Shown here piece after piece: positions 60,452 to 64,000 of a DNA stretch of 64,000 nucleotides. The notes below the pieces were generated by a model. That model was not told the DNA's origin. It worked only from the letters and a program-made list of their open reading frames with translations, and did not search any database. The DNA comes from Chloroflexota bacterium (GTDB lineage: Bacteria; Chloroflexota; Dehalococcoidia; Lucifugimonadales; JADFKI01), in assembly GCA_027623195.1 (NCBI GenBank), contig JAQBUT010000011.1:6432-70431 (forward strand), read 5' to 3'. How positions within the stretch are numbered: position 1 is the first letter of the stretch; each line of letters begins with the position of its first letter. A program made the translations under genes and the position numbers.

Positions 60452-61687
60452 GTGACAAACCAGACTAACGGGGCCAGGGGGCCTCTGGACGGTATACGCG
60501 TAATTGACTGGACCATGTGGCAGTTCGGCCCTGTTTCGACCATGATGCTGGCGGACCTTGGCGCGGAGGTAATCAAGGTCGAGTCGTTGGACGGAGACCA
60601 CGGTCGGCAGTTCGGTATCATCGGTGGCGTGCAGTCGGACCTCGGCGAGGGCATCAATTCGTACTACTCCAGTTTGAACCGCAACAAACGGGGTATTGCC
60701 CTTGACCTTAAGAATCCCAAAGGCCTTGAGATCATGCAGGGGCTTATCAAGAAGTCCGACGTATTTGTCGAAAATTTCCGTCAGGGTGTTGCCGAGCGCC
60801 TGGGGCTGGGCTACGAGGATGTTGCCAAGATCAAGCCGGATATCGTGTATGGTTCCGGCTCAGGCTATGGACCAAACGGCCCTGATTCCGGCAAGCCCGC
60901 CTTTGCCCTCACGGGGGAGGCCAGGTCCGGTTCCCTATGGTGGGCTGGCCCCGAGGACGATGTGCCTTACAACATCAATGGCATGGCCGATCAGATGGCG
61001 GGCATTATGCTTTCTTACGGCGTTCTGGGTGCCATCATTGCCAAGGAACGCTTCGGCATTGGCCAGCGGGTTGACGCATCTCATCTCGGCAGCATGATGT
61101 GGCTGGGGGGAATGCGGGATGGCATAGCGTTGCGCGCGGGGAAAATGATGGAGCGTCAGCACCGCGAAAGGGCGGGAAACGTTCTTTGGAACACGTACAA
61201 GTGCCGGGATGGCAAGTGGATTGCCTTCTCTATGAGTCAGGGTGACCGGTATTGGCCAGTCTTCTGCAGGGCGTTGGCCAGACAGGACCTGGTGGAAGAC
61301 GTACGATTCAGCACTATGGATTCCCGCAGCGACAATCGGGAAGAACTTATAATTATCCTGGACGAGATATTTATGACTAGGCCGCGTCTGGAATGGGAGC
61401 AAAGACTTGATGAAGCCGGCGATCTTATCTGGGAAAGGGTTCAGGACATCATGGACCTGCCTAACGACCCACAGGTTATAGAGAACAATTACCTGGTTGA
61501 TTATGACCACCCGGTTTTGGGCCCGACCAAGTGGCACCAGACCCCGGTAGCATACAGCGAGACACCGGTCTCCACACGGCGCATGGCGCCTATGCACGGT
61601 GAGGAGACGGAGACGATACTTATCGATTTACTTGGGTACACTTGGGACGACATCGTAGTCCTCAAGGACGAAGGTGTTATTCTTTAA
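60452..61687 (+). CDS. Family III CoA-transferase, second paralog
   Basis: PLDGIRVIDWT-WQFGP, LADLGAEVIKVE, NRNKR, GMADQ; GGAGG RBS before GTG 60452. Confidence 0.92.
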   Translation: MTNQTNGARGPLDGIRVIDWTMWQFGPVSTMMLADLGAEVIKVESLDGDHGRQFGIIGGVQSDLGEGINSYYSSLNRNKRGIALDLKNPKGLEIMQGLIKKSDVFVENFRQGVAERLGLGYEDVAKIKPDIVYGSGSGYGPNGPDSGKPAFALTGEARSGSLWWAGPEDDVPYNINGMADQMAGIMLSYGVLGAIIAKERFGIGQRVDASHLGSMMWLGGMRDGIALRAGKMMERQHRERAGNVLWNTYKCRDGKWIAFSMSQGDRYWPVFCRALARQDLVEDVRFSTMDSRSDNREELIIILDEIFMTRPRLEWEQRLDEAGDLIWERVQDIMDLPNDPQVIENNYLVDYDHPVLGPTKWHQTPVAYSETPVSTRRMAPMHGEETETILIDLLGYTWDDIVVLKDEGVIL

Positions 61688-61731
61688 GAGCGGTACTGAA
61701 GCTAGGCAAGAATCAGAAAGAGGAGGCAGCA

Positions 61732-62607
61732 ATGGCCCAGCGAGATGTAAGAAATCCTGATGAGGCATTCGTAGGGAAAGACCTGGGTTCCATAGATTTC
61801 GCGGTGTCCGACCAGGCCATAAAGGACTACTTCGTTGGTCTTGATGTGGACTCAGAGTTTTATAACGAGACGTCACTGTACGGCAAGGCACTTACCCCGT
61901 CCATGGTGCTTACCAACGTGGACACAGGTTTTGCAGGCGCAGGCTTTAAGGATAACTTCGGCAATCTATGGATACGCCAGGAGTGGGACCTACGCAAACC
62001 CATGCTTCAGGGCGAGAGCTACAGCAAATCATCCAAAATCGTAGACATTTACGAATGGAGGGACCGCACCGTTGTCAAGCAGGAGGTAACCCTCTTCAGT
62101 CCTGATGGCGAATTGATGGCGCGTGGCTTGCATCACCAGAGCTTCCTTTTGGGCAAGAGCGACCAGGGAACGGTTAAGTTGCGAGACCCAAATCAAAAGG
62201 AAGGCATCAGAAAATTCCAGGTGCCGGATGGTGAGGCTGTCGGCCCTGTGGAGAGCGATATCAGTCTTGAAATGTGCGGCACGTTCTTCCACGGCAACAA
62301 GAGTTACCACACCAGCGAAGAAGCAGCTAAGGAGTTGGGCTTCGAGAAGGTTGTGGTCGGCGGCCGTATGACAATGTCCTACATTGGCGACATGATGGAC
62401 CGGCGCTTCGGCAAAGGCTGGTTCGAGGGCGGTAAAATGGACATCAAGTTTACCAACATAGTTTGGCCTGATGACCATATCATCGCTAAAGGCGTAATCA
62501 CGGATAGGGTGGCTGAGGACGGCGGCACGCGAGCTAACGTGGCCGTGTGGGTGGAGAAGACCGACGGCACCGTTTGCATCGTTGGTACGGCCAGCGCCCT
62601 GGAGTAA
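61732..62607 (+). CDS. MaoC-like double hot-dog dehydratase family protein
   Basis: YHTSEEAAKELGF--VVVGG-M, KFTNIVWP, VGTASA; GAGGAGG RBS. Confidence 0.75.
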   Translation: MAQRDVRNPDEAFVGKDLGSIDFAVSDQAIKDYFVGLDVDSEFYNETSLYGKALTPSMVLTNVDTGFAGAGFKDNFGNLWIRQEWDLRKPMLQGESYSKSSKIVDIYEWRDRTVVKQEVTLFSPDGELMARGLHHQSFLLGKSDQGTVKLRDPNQKEGIRKFQVPDGEAVGPVESDISLEMCGTFFHGNKSYHTSEEAAKELGFEKVVVGGRMTMSYIGDMMDRRFGKGWFEGGKMDIKFTNIVWPDDHIIAKGVITDRVAEDGGTRANVAVWVEKTDGTVCIVGTASALE

Positions 62608-62646
62608 CCTCCGGTCGCCTCAATCCTAAATGAACAGAGTGCAGCT

Positions 62647-62675
62647 AAATGGCGGGTCGAAAGACCCGCCATTTT
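62647..62675 (+). terminator. Intrinsic terminator
   Basis: AAATGGCGGGTC-GAAA-GACCCGCCATTTT. Confidence 0.8.
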
Positions 62676-63118
62676 CTATTTGGTGCGATGGTTAGAACCG
62701 ACCGACTTATGTTGTTTTCCTATCCCTACCAACTACTTAAATCCACCTCTCAAATGATGAAGCAGTGGTTATATTTGTCATAACCAAACCAAATGCAATC
62801 TTCTTGCACACGAAGCACTCACATAACGGCCCCCCTCTGCGTCTAAATTAGTAATAATCTGGTCAGCCAGCCCAGCCCACGGGCCAAAGTGAATTCAAGC
62901 GTCGGGAGAATTTCACTCCGGTTACCCAGGGTTTCGTATATGACGGTATTGGCCGCGGACCTTTCCAGGGATGATGTGAATGTGAAGCGGATAACCGGAA
63001 AAATGTGCGATAAGGATTGGACAGCGCACTTTATGTGTATCTCTAGGAATGGACGGCAATACGTCAGGAGCTTTGGGACATCAACCAAGGCTCCCCCATA
63101 TGAAAGGAGACATAGTTC

Positions 63119-64000
63119 ATGACGGTTGAGCGCTTGCTTGGTAGTGACGGGATGTATGAAACGCCCGATGGTTATAAGGAAAAATCGCCTGATGCTCTAA
63201 CCACGGAGTGGGAACAAGCTCCTGCTCGGATTAAAGTCATTGGCGTTGGCGGCGGCGGATGCAACTGTGTCCGGCGCATGCTACAGCACAGACACGTTCC
63301 TGGCGTTGAGTTTGCCGTAGTCAATACAGATGTCAAGTCTTTGGAGTCGGTTCAGGGCAACCACAACATAGACTCCATACAGATCGGCGAAAAGTCCACA
63401 CGAGGCTGGGGCGCAGGCGGCGACGCCAATGTAGGTGCCAAGGCTGCCGAGGAGTCCTCGGCTTCACTGCGCAAGGTACTTAAGGACGCCGAGCTAGTTT
63501 TCGTAACCGCAGGCATGGGCGGTGGAACCGGAACGGGCGCAGCGGCATACGTCGCTTACCTGGCCAAAGAGATGGGCGCCGTTGTGGTCGCCGTCGTAAC
63601 CACGCCGTTCAGCTTTGAGGGCAGTCGCCGGGTTGACAGGGCTATTGCCGGTGTCGCCAGGCTGCGACCTTACGTTGATAACCTGATCGTCATTCACAAC
63701 GACCGACTGCTGGAGTATGTGGACCACGACGCCGAGATGATTGAGGCGTTCCGCACCGCAGACGAGGTCGTTACCCAGGGCATCATGAGCGTCTCCGAGA
63801 TAATCAACGTTCCTGGCGAGATCAACGTTGACTTCGCCGATGTCAGGACGATTCTCTCTAATCCAGGCGGGGCTTTGATGGCTATAGGCAACGGCCACGG
63901 CCACCTGGGTGCGCTGGAAGCTGCCAAACAGGCCATAGCCAATCCTCTGTTGGATATCTCCATCAAGGGAGCCAAGGGTGTGCTGTTCTCCGTCAAGGGC
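63119..64000 (+). CDS. ftsZ: Cell division protein FtsZ (divergent; 3'-truncated by window edge)
   Basis: AAGGAG RBS, ATG 63119; PARIKVIGVGGGG, VNTD, AGMGGGTGTGAA tubulin signature, TPFSFEG, INVDFADV. Confidence 0.92.
   Translation, partial: MTVERLLGSDGMYETPDGYKEKSPDALTTEWEQAPARIKVIGVGGGGCNCVRRMLQHRHVPGVEFAVVNTDVKSLESVQGNHNIDSIQIGEKSTRGWGAGGDANVGAKAAEESSASLRKVLKDAELVFVTAGMGGGTGTGAAAYVAYLAKEMGAVVVAVVTTPFSFEGSRRVDRAIAGVARLRPYVDNLIVIHNDRLLEYVDHDAEMIEAFRTADEVVTQGIMSVSEIINVPGEINVDFADVRTILSNPGGALMAIGNGHGHLGALEAAKQAIANPLLDISIKGAKGVLFSVKG

Noticed and set aside
62889-63122. 77-aa ORF overlapping the ftsZ start, and a lacO-like TGTGAAGCGGATAAC within it
   Set aside because: No SD or recognisable motifs; the lacO resemblance is partial, non-palindromic and probably chance.

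Overview
Housekeeping-rich bacterial chromosome segment of moderate GC. Gene content and protein style point to Chloroflexota, probably Dehalococcoidia/SAR202-like (inference from the LLM monooxygenase, paired family III CoA-transferases, HpcH-like aldolase and a T-box). In order: the 3' end of gcvPB, a UGA-interrupted (selenocysteine) peroxiredoxin, trmI, citrate synthase, rex, a complete F1Fo ATP synthase operon, pyrF, sfsA, modABC, nusA-ylxR-infB-rbfA-truB-rplU-rpmA-rpmE, a partial his operon with an in-frame hisA-methyltransferase fusion, hsp20/cbpA-hspR, a small AT-richer orphan insert, moeB, otsA, gdhA, coaX-coaBC, a Trp T-box controlling trpS-trpEGDCF, a CoA-transferase/ThDP-lyase/MaoC cluster and the 5' part of a divergent stand-alone ftsZ. 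No rRNA, tRNA, CRISPR array, transposase or integrase was seen. The best candidate for an undescribed system is a cysteine-sensing ribosome-dependent attenuator upstream of moeB: a 17-aa leader peptide MICKASCLCCSTKYQVV with mutually exclusive 1:2, antiterminator and terminator helices. Other highlights are the Sec peroxiredoxin with a candidate SECIS, Rex operators at rex and over the atp operon promoter, and a Trp-containing mini-ORF after the T-box. All calls are by eye; no database searches or folding programs were run.
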